NCBI GenBank assembly: GCA_963708045.1
Contig: OY970181.1
Coordinates: forward strand, 323,740 to 387,739
Length of the DNA: 64,000 nt
Reading direction: 5' to 3'
Origin: an uncultured bacterium
GTDB lineage: Bacteria > Patescibacteriota > Patescibacteriia > CAIQCM01
A program made the position numbers and the translations under genes. Position 1 is the first letter of the stretch; every line of letters starts with the position of its first letter. The notes under the pieces were generated by a model. The model worked only from the letters and a program-made list of their open reading frames with translations, searched no databases and was not told the origin of the DNA. This document shows positions 19,006 to 27,749 of the stretch, piece after piece.

Positions 19006-19373
19006 CGATGAACCCACGTTCTTTTTTCGCTATGATCGCTTTCGCCCTTTCTCTTTCTTTTGCCACGGCCACTTCGGCTGATACGAGTAACTGCTCGACG
19101 GCCACTGCGGCCAAGGCAAAGAAGCCAACCAAGAAAGCGCCGAAGGCACCGATCACTGCTGGCGAAGTGACGTTCTACTTCGCAAGCCCCTCCGACCCTG
19201 TCACCATCACGGCGACGCGGGTGGAGTATCGCCCTGAGATGCTTCCCATTAAGGAAGCGACGGTTCTTCCGGAAACGGGCAATGACGCTCCAGTCGCCAG
19301 CGTCAAAAACAAGAAGCTGATTGACGACCTTCGTCCATCGCGCATCACGGTTGCAACAACGGTCGGCGAGTAG
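19006..19373 (+). CDS. small secreted protein
   Basis: Start at MNPRSFFAMIAFALSLSFATATSA (signal peptide); the longer 18918 start and the Arg-rich minus-strand ORF 18723-19379 are judged spurious. Confidence 0.5.
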
Positions 19374-19533
19374 CGCCACACAAGAGACGACTCAACGGAG
19401 TTGGTCTCGGGCGAGTTCGCAAGAACTCGCCTTATCATCCGAGAATATTTTCTCACATCTGCTAAAATATTTTCAGACGATAATCGGTCTTTTGGCAATT
19501 AGAAAACAGCGCAAAGCGCAGAACGGAGATTCG

Positions 19534-19737
19534 ATGGGAATTACAAGACGGATCGTGGATTTCTTGTTGCGGCCATTTATGGCCGACGAAGCAACGTCCA
19601 ACAAGTTGGACGTTCTGGATTCGATCGCTAGGGCGATCAAGGGTGGTCGCAACGGTGAGGCTGAAACCCTCATCAGAGAAAATATGGAAATCGCGACTGA
19701 TTTCCAAAAACAATGGCTCGCGAAAAGGGGAGGGTAA
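19534..19737 (+). CDS. hypothetical small protein
   Basis: MGITRRIVDF...; GGAG RBS 7 nt upstream; stop overlaps the next start (gggTAAccaATG). Confidence 0.4.
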   Translation: MGITRRIVDFLLRPFMADEATSNKLDVLDSIARAIKGGRNGEAETLIRENMEIATDFQKQWLAKRGG

Positions 19738-19740
19738 CCA

Positions 19741-19956
19741 ATGTTTCATCACGTAGTTTCGTCTGATCTAACGGCTCGGGTTCGCCAGGCGCACGGCGAT
19801 GTCCAAGAACGCATCGCTCGCGATGTAAACCGCGTTCTCCGCGGCGTGTCGTATATGACACGGTTTCTTATCTGGCAGATGATCCCGCGTCCGCTCTCGG
19901 CCAGTTCGGCTAGTCAAGCCTTTGCGCTTACTCGCCAGTTCGGCGGAGAAGCGTAG
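19741..19956 (+). CDS. hypothetical small protein
   Basis: 71 aa; GGGAGGG RBS; followed by a terminator hairpin. Confidence 0.4.
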   Translation: MFHHVVSSDLTARVRQAHGDVQERIARDVNRVLRGVSYMTRFLIWQMIPRPLSASSASQAFALTRQFGGEA

Positions 19957-19966
19957 ACCAGCACAA

Positions 19967-20030
19967 TCGGAGAACGGAACATAGCTCGCTAAAGCTAAGT
20001 TCCGTTCTCCGTCGCAATTTTTAATCTTTC
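19967..20030 (+). terminator. intrinsic terminator hairpin ggagaacggaac...gttccgttctcc followed by a T-run
   Basis: 12-bp perfect stem, then gcaattttt. Confidence 0.6.
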
Positions 20031-20093
20031 TTTAAGCTTGGAAGTTCCAAGCCGCGAAGGAAGGTTGGATTCTTGTGAAAAAAGGAGTGCACC

Positions 20094-20321
20094 ATGTTGC
20101 ACATCGCTCTTTGGACTGCTGTTGGTATCTTTGTTGTTTCGTTGATCGCCGGTCTCATTCTCTCGGAATTTTTCAGACGTTTGTGGAATGCGACGATAGG
20201 CGCGAGCGGAAAATACTACATCTCGTCACCGCGTGAACGTTTGAGCGATTGGTGGTTTGAACTTGATATCAAACGGCGGTTTCGGACTATCTTTCGTCGT
20301 TTAATGCGTGAGCGCGCATAA
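20094..20321 (+). CDS. small membrane protein
   Basis: 75 aa, one TM (LWTAVGIFVVSLIAGLIL), AGGAG RBS. Confidence 0.45.
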   Translation: MLHIALWTAVGIFVVSLIAGLILSEFFRRLWNATIGASGKYYISSPRERLSDWWFELDIKRRFRTIFRRLMRERA

Positions 20322-20466
20322 CGACCACCACGCCCAACCCCACGGCGAATACAAAATAGTGGGGCGCATTCTCAAGCAGTTGATTATCTCTCTCTTCAAC
20401 CGCTTGATCGATGCGAGTTAAATCACATCATTGGAAAAGACGAGTTTTGACGCAAGTCACCATTCG

Positions 20467-20553
20467 TCTTCCCAATAAAGTTCGTGAATACCTTTTTTCC
20501 CTCCCCCAAGAATGGGGGAGGGCGAGGGCTGTCACGCACTTCATTGGGAAGAA
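20467..20553 (+). promoter_or_regulatory. conserved upstream element copy 1 (cttcccaataaagttcgtgaata...ccctcccccaagaatgggggaggg...cacttcattgggaag)
   Basis: Outer inverted repeat ttcccaat/attgggaa enclosing a CCCTCCCCC/GGGGGAGGG hairpin; copy 2 at 22047-22151; a degenerate third copy at about 23695. Confidence 0.55.
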
Positions 20554-20601
20554 ACAGAAAGTTCGTTGACTTGAAAACGTTAGAAAGAAAGGTAAAGGAA
20601 G

Positions 20602-21984
20602 ATGAAGAACGCAATCGTTTCGTTGTTTGCTTTGTTCGTGTTGGTCGGATGCGAAACCAACAACTACTTCAATCTGCAACTGCCCGCAGCGTCAGCACCC
20701 AAAACAGAAGTGTCTGACGCTGGAGTATCTACTGCACCCGACGCGACTAGCGTCAGTGTTCTAGACACAATGGCACCGAACATCACGCCCGATGCCATCG
20801 TTGACACAGCAAGACCTGAGGTTGGCATCGATGTGTTGGTCGTCTCGGCCGATGCTGTTTCTGCTGAAACGGAAATCAGATCGCAAGATGCACTTCCAAC
20901 GGATACGACACCCGTCGTTTCCACTGATACGCAGCTTGCCGATACCGCACCAATGGCAATCTTCAAGATCGAATCGGTTTCCGTAAAGCGAGAAGATTCA
21001 TTTGGTGTTCTTGCAGAGGACGTTCGCAGTTTTGCAATCAAGTTTTCCAGTCCCGCCAAGAACATCTGGTTAACCATAAACGAGAAAACAACGGGAGCCA
21101 TCTTCCGTTGGGATCCAATCATGTGGGACGCCTCGTCAGTGCTTTCGGCCAATGTCGCTCCGGGTAACTGGACAGAGAAGCTGAAGACAAGCACTACCTA
21201 CATTTGGAGTGTAAAGGCTGATGCGGCAACGCCAGTTGCTGGCCCGCAGTCTGCGGTCGTGGTCGGCGAGTTTGTAACCGCCATTTGCTTTGCCGGACAA
21301 ACACGGTCTTGCTACGGAGGTTTGCCGCAGACAAGAAACATTGGTCAATGTCGTGATGGAACCAATGCCTGCGTCGTAACAAGCCAGGGAACGTATTGGA
21401 ACAACAATTGCATTGGCGAAACAACTCCGTATCCATTCGGTGACAGGTGCGGTGATGGTATTGACAATGACTGTGATGGTCTGATTGATAACTCAATTCA
21501 GATGGACGTTCCGTCGGGTCAAGATTCTATCTGGGCCAGAGCGTTGGTTAACGGGGAAGTCCTTCGGTTCAGCGTCAATTCCAAGAATGCATCGGCGACC
21601 CACTTCAGCTGGTTGAACGTTCAGGTTACAAGAAATGGACTCAATGTCGGTTACTACCGCCTTTGGGTAATGAATGCCAGTGGATCGTGGAATGACATCT
21701 CTTCTCAGGTAGACTTCTTTGATGCTTCAAGCGGGGGGTACAAGATAGGGATGTTTGATCTGGGTAGCAATCTTTTCACTGGGCCGAATGATTGGTTCAA
21801 TCTCGGCATTCATTGGAAAGATCTCGTTGGCCCGACTCTGCGCGGAGGAGAAGTAATCAACTATATGTTGGTTGCTAATGTAAATCCCGAGTTTGCAAAC
21901 AAGGGAGGTACAGTACGTCATTACGCCCCACACTCCGATAGTTCGTGTAGCACCGAGGGGGGCAAGACCATCTCGGTTGATTAG
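20602..21984 (+). CDS. secreted lipoprotein with Cys-rich Asp-rich putative metal-binding module
   Basis: Lipobox LFVLVGC; Cys cluster ...CRDGTNACV...CGDGIDNDCDGLIDN resembling the C-x-D-x-D-N-D-C-D-G motif of secreted bacterial proteins; remainder unknown. Confidence 0.5.
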   Translation: MKNAIVSLFALFVLVGCETNNYFNLQLPAASAPKTEVSDAGVSTAPDATSVSVLDTMAPNITPDAIVDTARPEVGIDVLVVSADAVSAETEIRSQDALPTDTTPVVSTDTQLADTAPMAIFKIESVSVKREDSFGVLAEDVRSFAIKFSSPAKNIWLTINEKTTGAIFRWDPIMWDASSVLSANVAPGNWTEKLKTSTTYIWSVKADAATPVAGPQSAVVVGEFVTAICFAGQTRSCYGGLPQTRNIGQCRDGTNACVVTSQGTYWNNNCIGETTPYPFGDRCGDGIDNDCDGLIDNSIQMDVPSGQDSIWARALVNGEVLRFSVNSKNASATHFSWLNVQVTRNGLNVGYYRLWVMNASGSWNDISSQVDFFDASSGGYKIGMFDLGSNLFTGPNDWFNLGIHWKDLVGPTLRGGEVINYMLVANVNPEFANKGGTVRHYAPHSDSSCSTEGGKTISVD

Positions 21985-22008
21985 TACTTTCGCAAAACAA
22001 AATAACAG

Positions 22009-22047
22009 GCGAGCGCTCTGATGGATCAAACCATCTCGCGCTCGCCT
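22009..22047 (+). terminator. terminator hairpin ggcgagcgc...gcgctcgcc after the lipoprotein gene
   Basis: 9-bp GC stem seen directly. Confidence 0.5.
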
Positions 22048-22151
22048 TCCCAATAAAGTTCATGAAACACCTTTTTTCCCTCCCCCAAGAATGGGGGAGG
22101 GTGCCCGAAAGGGTGGGAGAGGGTTGTCATGTACTTCATTGGGAAGAAAAG
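22047..22151 (+). promoter_or_regulatory. conserved upstream element copy 2
   Basis: About 85% identical to copy 1 with an extra internal hairpin (cccgaaagggtggg); ends 8 nt before the RBS of the next gene. Confidence 0.55.
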
Positions 22152-22159
22152 GAGAGTTC

Positions 22160-22403
22160 TATGAAAATTAAAAAACAAAAAACAAAGTGTCCGCGCAAAG
22201 TTTCGGATCCTGACTATTCGTGGAAACGCGATACAACGCTTTCGTTAAAACAGCGAATCAGCGAAGCGCGCCACGATGTTCATGATGCGATGGTCGCGAG
22301 CAATGAAGTTTTGCCCGACTCACTTGTATCCGCGTGGGCAACATTGAATCTTTTGCTCGGTCCGCTTTCACCAAGAAAGCGGCGTCAAGTCACAATTCAA
22401 TAA
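22160..22403 (+). CDS. hypothetical small basic protein
   Basis: MKIKKQKTKCPRK...; AAGGAGAG RBS; the longer 22062 start would translate the repeat element. Confidence 0.4.
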
Positions 22404-22435
22404 ATTCAGAACACCAAAAAAAGAAAGGCATTACG

Positions 22436-22834
22436 ATGAATATCCTCGGATTGATTCTTGTACTGGCTCTGCTTGCTGGGCTTGTTGACGTTTTCTTCAC
22501 CATTCAAAGTAACACGATCAAGGTGATGATTAACGGAACCGCGCCATTTGCAATCGTCTCGTTTTTGCGCGCGAAAAGTTTTAGCACCTATTTTTTCCGC
22601 TTACTCATGTCAGTGGAAAGCGATAGTCACCGACTGGAACTTGTAGGTCACAATCTGGCAAGTATTGTGATGAATAGATTGCCAACAGGGGATGGCCTGG
22701 TTGATACTCGTTGGCCGCTTGCCAAGATCACGATTACTGCGTCAAATCCCACACGTCTGCACGAGGCATGGGAGGCTGTTCAAGGAAATAGACGAATCTG
22801 GTCGCAGAACTGTCCGCTTTTCGTGGGGTTCTAG
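22436..22834 (+). CDS. hypothetical membrane protein
   Basis: MNILGLILVLALLAGLVDVFFT TM helix; ORF-track start at 22334 is probably an upstream extension. Confidence 0.4.
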   Translation: MNILGLILVLALLAGLVDVFFTIQSNTIKVMINGTAPFAIVSFLRAKSFSTYFFRLLMSVESDSHRLELVGHNLASIVMNRLPTGDGLVDTRWPLAKITITASNPTRLHEAWEAVQGNRRIWSQNCPLFVGF

Positions 22835-22864
22835 AAGTGGTCGCAAACTGAAGGAGGAAGACAA

Positions 22865-23554
22865 ATGAGTAACAAAAATCACGGATCAAATGTTTTTGCA
22901 AAGGTACTTGTCGTAATCGCGCTTGCCGTGGTGGGTGGTGCACTGAACATTATTGGTCTCAATTTTGAATTGATACAACATCAAGGATTAGAAGCGCTAA
23001 TTGAATACAAGACCATCATTTCGTCGCTCGGTGTACTTGTTAGTGTTGGCACACTCATCTACGCCGTATTCTGGATGGTCGTCTCGTATCGCAAGTGTGG
23101 TCGCGGGAATCGTCGGCTTGAGGAAGAGGCCAAAGCCGTTACTCACGACGTTGCCAAGGCTTTGGTTGATTCAGCTACCTTCGCGCCACTTCAGCGATTG
23201 GATGGAATAGCGGGTGCGCTTGATAGTTCGGTTAATGCACTGAGCCACATGGCTGAGGTGACCAGCTTGCTCGGGAACACGCTCTCGGCAGTGATGGTTT
23301 GTTGGGCAAAGGTCATCGCGTTTATGGGTGAAGGTTGCTTCTACCAAGCGGCGCTCGCGATCGCTGGCGATGAACGCGTGGCTTCACTGACTTCTCACCA
23401 AAATCTGATCCGAGCGATATACCAAGTCGCCTTGGCAGATAAGCGAGAGATGAGTGGTGGTGAAGTATATCTTATTAAAAACAGATTCCCATTCGTGCTC
23501 GGAGAATTACCACCAATGCCAATGCCGTCCGAATCGTCTGAAAAAAGGGCGTGA
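22865..23554 (+). CDS. hypothetical membrane protein
   Basis: 229 aa, two N-terminal TM helices, strong GGAGGAAG RBS. Confidence 0.45.
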   Translation: MSNKNHGSNVFAKVLVVIALAVVGGALNIIGLNFELIQHQGLEALIEYKTIISSLGVLVSVGTLIYAVFWMVVSYRKCGRGNRRLEEEAKAVTHDVAKALVDSATFAPLQRLDGIAGALDSSVNALSHMAEVTSLLGNTLSAVMVCWAKVIAFMGEGCFYQAALAIAGDERVASLTSHQNLIRAIYQVALADKREMSGGEVYLIKNRFPFVLGELPPMPMPSESSEKRA

Positions 23555-23834
23555 AGACGCAAGGTGGCAAGGTGGTCGCAAACAGGCAGAAGGGTTCGCC
23601 CTTCTGCCTGTTTTTCATATCGCGTCGCCCGTGGGGTTGACAAAATCTTCAATTTAGTGTAAGTTCTAATGTTCTTTAAAATCGCCATAAATGGCATATT
23701 TTTCCAATGAAGTTTATGAAACACCTGCCCCCTTATCGCTACCGCGATAAGCGGGTATAAGCGAGAAACCAGCGTGGTTTCGTAAATTTTTAGGGAAAGT
23801 ATCCCTATAGTCACCACAACCAAGGGGGAAAGTC

Positions 23835-24296
23835 ATGCGAAAGATATATGTCGTCCTAGCGGCGGCAGCAGTTGCGCTTGTGCTCGGTTTTTTTGCTTTC
23901 GTTTGCGTCTTCGTCTACCATCAGAACCAAAGTATGAAGGCGGAAATGTCGCAGATGAAAATAGAATTTCAGAAAAAGAAAGATACTCCGCTTCCAGAAC
24001 CGCAACCTGTTGTCGTTCAGCTTCCAAGCCAGCCAGTTCCCGCCCCAATGGTTGAGGTTTCGCCTCGACAAGAAAAGGTAGAACCAGAAGCAAGACCAGA
24101 ATTGGCAAAATCAACGGCAGCACACGTTAATGGTCGAGGTTTCGCCTCGACAAAAGAGCCGCGCGAGAATGGCGAAAAAGTCATTCTCATAGACACGCTC
24201 TTCTCTGCTTCGCAAGAAGCGACTGAGAAGATTGAAAACCGCCGCCGCGCTCCGAAAATGCGGCGACAAAAACCAAAAGCTTTTCCTTGTCATTAA
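23835..24296 (+). CDS. hypothetical membrane-anchored protein with internal short duplication
   Basis: N-terminal TM; repeated DNA gg(t/c)tgaggtttcgcctcgacaa(g/a)a; AAGGGGGAAAG RBS. Confidence 0.4.
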   Translation: MRKIYVVLAAAAVALVLGFFAFVCVFVYHQNQSMKAEMSQMKIEFQKKKDTPLPEPQPVVVQLPSQPVPAPMVEVSPRQEKVEPEARPELAKSTAAHVNGRGFASTKEPRENGEKVILIDTLFSASQEATEKIENRRRAPKMRRQKPKAFPCH

Positions 24297-24348
24297 GAAA
24301 GCGAAGAGCTCCGAGCTAAGGCCAATCTTGGTCGTTGGCGTTCCGGCA

Positions 24349-24507
24349 ATGAACGAAGACAATGTGTTTAAGTACGCGTCCTGCCTTCAGGCTCGTTTGC
24401 CAAAGCGCGGGAAAAAGCCGAGTCAAGTTGAAGTGCATTCGCTTGCACAGTTTGAACGGGGATACATTACCGTTTCAAGCGCAATGAACTTGGCTTTTCA
24501 GAACTAA
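24349..24507 (+). CDS. possible small ORF (uncertain)
   Basis: ORF 24232-24507 overlaps the previous gene; internal Met (MNEDNVFKY) chosen; weak. Confidence 0.2.
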   Translation: MNEDNVFKYASCLQARLPKRGKKPSQVEVHSLAQFERGYITVSSAMNLAFQN

Positions 24508-24517
24508 GCGGTCGCGC

Positions 24518-25240
24518 TTGGTTCATCGGGGGATGGAGTCGCTCCATCCCCGCAGTATTTGTCCGCTCTCGTGTCGGATGTCCGATATGAGGGCGCGCGA
24601 AAAATTGCGGAAAATTCTAGAAGAGACAGTCAACGACAAGGAGCATGCGATGCAAATAGTAAATCAGAGGCCAATGGATCTTCGTGGAAGGTGTTATCCT
24701 CAACTCGTTCACCCAAGCACGCGACCGGGAACAATAACGGAAAACGTTGTTGCCAATGAGGCAAGAGAACTGTTCACCAGTATTGTTTCGGGACAGGAAA
24801 TTCTGTACCTTGGCACCAAGAGTAGCGCACCAGAAGGTATTGTGATGGACAAGCATCCGCTTGGCGAGGATGCGTCGGTCGTGGTGGTTCGCGGTAAGAT
24901 TACCGGAATTCAAAAGATTTGGTTTTTCGCTGCGAGCGACTATTTTCTATTCTGTGCCCTTGTGGACTACTGCGCCGCAAACGGCTTTGGTGAGCCGGTT
25001 CCTCGTACTGTGCAATCCCGGTTGGAGGCTTTTCACCGATTGGGCAATTGTGCACATCCAATCGCAGGTCTTGAACCGAGTGATGGGTCGGTGGCGATTT
25101 ATCTATCTGATCTGCCAAAGGTAATGGCAATGGTTGCCATCGGCGAAAGAAACATCAATGTTCTACAGATCGTTGAAATGAGCGCTGCTGCGTTGAAGGT
25201 CAAGGTTGACGAAGCTCTTAAACGGGCAAAGTCCAAGTAG
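24518..25240 (+). CDS. hypothetical protein
   Basis: 240-aa ORF (alternative start MSDMRAREKL at 24578); no motif recognised. Confidence 0.4.
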   Translation: MVHRGMESLHPRSICPLSCRMSDMRAREKLRKILEETVNDKEHAMQIVNQRPMDLRGRCYPQLVHPSTRPGTITENVVANEARELFTSIVSGQEILYLGTKSSAPEGIVMDKHPLGEDASVVVVRGKITGIQKIWFFAASDYFLFCALVDYCAANGFGEPVPRTVQSRLEAFHRLGNCAHPIAGLEPSDGSVAIYLSDLPKVMAMVAIGERNINVLQIVEMSAAALKVKVDEALKRAKSK

Positions 25241-25394
25241 AGCATCTCACTCACGTTTTAAAAAGGGGAGTCGTCCGATGGCGGCTCCCTTTTCTCTTTG
25301 ACTAAACTAGTTTTCGGAGTTAAAGTGGCGAACCGATAAAAATCGGAAAATCGCCATCGTGGTACTTTCACATTGAAGAAAGAAGGAGGGCAGG

Positions 25395-25931
25395 ATGTAT
25401 ATGAATTTTTCTTCACAGGTTGTTTTGCGAGTTGCAACAAGGGAACAGCTTCGCCGACAAAAAACAATCAGTATGGACTTTGTTCTTCAGAGTCTCCTGG
25501 TTTCACTTGCGTCCGGATATCGGCTGGTTAGTTTTAATTGGCGCTCGGTCGTCATCAGTAACATCACGGAAACATACGAGTACCTCTTCACTTCCGGAAA
25601 CCAGTATCGCATCGTTGCCGCACTTTTTCTGGCAATGAAAGGCGCTGAGTTTGTTGAAGTTTTTCCTCTTGCTGGTACTGGTATCAACAAAACGATTGGC
25701 GAAACAGGGTGGAGCGAAAGGGTGCCGGTTGAGATTGGTGAACCGTCGCCAATGTATGTTTCTTGGCAGGATTTCGTTTGCTTCACGGCGCTTGTTGCTT
25801 CATGCTCTGTCAAAGCTTCGGCAGTGGCAAGTTTGAAAGAAAGCGTCGTCGGCATAACCGCCGCGCGAATTTCCGAATTACTGTGTCAAGCAATAGCGCA
25901 GAATCGCCGCGCAGTTTTGGTTTGTATGTAG
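25395..25931 (+). CDS. hypothetical protein
   Basis: 178 aa; GAAGGAGGG RBS. Confidence 0.4.
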   Translation: MYMNFSSQVVLRVATREQLRRQKTISMDFVLQSLLVSLASGYRLVSFNWRSVVISNITETYEYLFTSGNQYRIVAALFLAMKGAEFVEVFPLAGTGINKTIGETGWSERVPVEIGEPSPMYVSWQDFVCFTALVASCSVKASAVASLKESVVGITAARISELLCQAIAQNRRAVLVCM

Positions 25932-26016
25932 AAAAACGTCGCGCTTCAAATAAAGGCTGTTGTCCAAAAGACAATAGCCTTTTTCAATATGACAAATAAT
26001 GTTTTTTGATATATAA

Positions 26017-27280
26017 ATGGTGAATATGGAAACAATTATTGACCTGCACATCCACTCAAAATATTCGCGCGCCTGCTCTAAACTTTTGGAGCCGGCCAAT
26101 TTGGCGCTTTGGGCCGACAAAAAAGGCATTAATGTTTTAGGAACCGGCGACTTTACACATCCGTCGTGGCTAAAAGAACTTAAAGAAAATTTGACCGAAG
26201 ACCAGTCTGGACTGTTTAAATTAAAAAACGGAAATGCCAAAGCGCGTTTTATGCTTACGACCGAGATTTCGTGCATTTATAAACGCGGCGGCAAAACGCG
26301 GCGCGTGCATAATTGCATTTTTGCACCGTCGTTTGCGGCTGTTGATTTAATTATTGCCGAACTTACAAAACGTAATTGCAATTTAAAGTCGGACGGACGT
26401 CCGATTGTTGGTTTGGACTCAGAAGAGCTCTTAAAGATTGTTCTTGAAGCCTCGCCAAATTGTATGCTCGTGCCGGCGCACGCCTGGACGCCGTGGTTTG
26501 CGATTTTTGGTTCTATGTCCGGTTTTGATTCGCTTGAAGAATGTTTTGGTGAAAATAAAAAACATATTTATGCCATTGAAACTGGTCTTTCGTCTGACCC
26601 GCTAATGAATTGGCGGCTTTCAAAACTGGACGACGTCCTGCTTGTCTCAAATTCCGACGCTCACTCGCTTGGCAACCTTGGCCGCGAGGCAAATGTTTTT
26701 GATATCGCGCCGGAAAAATTATCTTATGCGGAAATAATTAGAATTCTTCGCGAAAAAGATCGCAAGAAATTTTTGTACACGATAGAATTTTATCCCGAAG
26801 AGGGGATGTATCATTTTGATGGCCATCGCGTGTGCAAAAAAAGAATGCATCCTGAAGAAACGGCAAAAAATAACGGCCTTTGTCCGGTTTGCAAAAAACC
26901 GGTGACGGTCGGCGTGTATTCGCGTGTCGCCAAGCTCGCCGATCGCGTTCGAGGGGACGCGGCCGCCCGGAATGGTGCCGTTTAAAAGCATTGTGCCGCT
27001 AGACGAAATTATCGCCGAAGCGCTAGACCGCGGCGCGGCGACCAAAGGCGTGCAAACAATTTACGAACAAATGGTTGGCAGGATGCCAGAATTTAAAATT
27101 TTACTTCACGCTCCCTATGACGAGATTATGTCGTTTGCACCGCCTGATGTTGTTAGCGGAATAAAACGCGTGCGCGAAGGAAAGTTGCAAATAGAACCCG
27201 GCTATGACGGCGAATACGGAACCGTAAAAATTTTTTCCGATTCCGAAAGAAAGAAAATGGAACAAGCGAAGTTGGTGTAA
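26017..27280 (+). pseudogene. EndoQ-like PHP-domain endonuclease (TIGR00375-like), interrupted by a +1 frameshift near 26940-26985
   Basis: N-terminal ORF (26017-26985): DLHIHSKYS PHP motif, LVPAHAWTPW, CPVCKK...GVYSRVAKLADR zinc finger. C-terminal ORF (26924-27280, other frame): ...FEGTRPPGMVPFKSIVPLDEII...PGYDGEYGTVKIF. The two overlap by 62 nt. Confidence 0.6.
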
Positions 27281-27452
27281 TAACTAATATCTAATGTCTA
27301 ATACCTAATCCGTTGGCGTCATCCCGAGGAGTGAAGCGACGAGGGAGCTCAACGTCTCTAAGCAAGCTCCGTGATTCCTCGTCAAGACAAAGCGACTAGA
27401 CGGACTCAAAATGACGGCGGATTAGACATTAGACATTAGATATTAGGTATTA
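27281..27452. repeat. low-complexity palindromic intergenic element with ctaat-repeat arms (aatatctaatgtctaatacctaatccg ... cggattagacattagacattagatattaggtatt)
   Basis: Family members at 39785-39895, 54541-54678 (3' arm missing), 37836-37912 (tagagat-type), 61543-61600 and 62668-62732 (aactttt-type). Confidence 0.65.
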
Positions 27453-27484
27453 AAAAATCCCCCGCGGGAGCGGAGGATTTTTAG

Positions 27485-27742
27485 CTATTCTTTGATATTC
27501 AACAACTTGGCTATCTTTGGTTTGTCAAAACCGATGACGATTTCTTTTTTTCCGTTAGTAAAAAATATTTCCGTAACTGGCACGCCCATCTGGCGGCTTT
27601 CTTTAATCATTTGCTCGGCGGCTTTTTCGTCTTTATCAACAAAAATATTTTTATATTTCACGTCCTTCTTTTCCAGCCAGTCTTTAAGCAGTTGGCAATA
27701 AGGACAAGTCACGGTGGAATAAATTGTGATGGATTTAATTTC
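27485..27742 (-). CDS. glutaredoxin/NrdH-like redoxin
   Basis: CPYC active site (ITIYSTVTCPYCQLLKDWL), about 85 aa from MEIKS; the longer ORF start overlaps the neighbouring gene. Confidence 0.7.
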   Translation of the reverse strand, partial: EIKSITIYSTVTCPYCQLLKDWLEKKDVKYKNIFVDKDEKAAEQMIKESRQMGVPVTEIFFTNGKKEIVIGFDKPKIAKLLNIKE

Positions 27743-27749
27743 CATAAAA

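Noticed and set aside
18723-19379. 218-aa Arg-rich minus-strand ORF
   Set aside because: Antisense to a well-supported secreted-protein gene with a signal peptide; composition (R/G/C-rich) is typical of spurious reading through GC-rich DNA
22062-22159. Longer N-terminus (MKHLFSLPQEWGRVPERVGEG...) for the gene at 22160
   Set aside because: That extension is the translation of the conserved upstream repeat element; a good RBS precedes the internal ATG at 22160
27281-27452. ctaat-repeat arms as a CRISPR array
   Set aside because: Units are 5-7 nt with no unique spacers; arrangement is inverted-repeat, not direct-repeat/spacer; no cas genes
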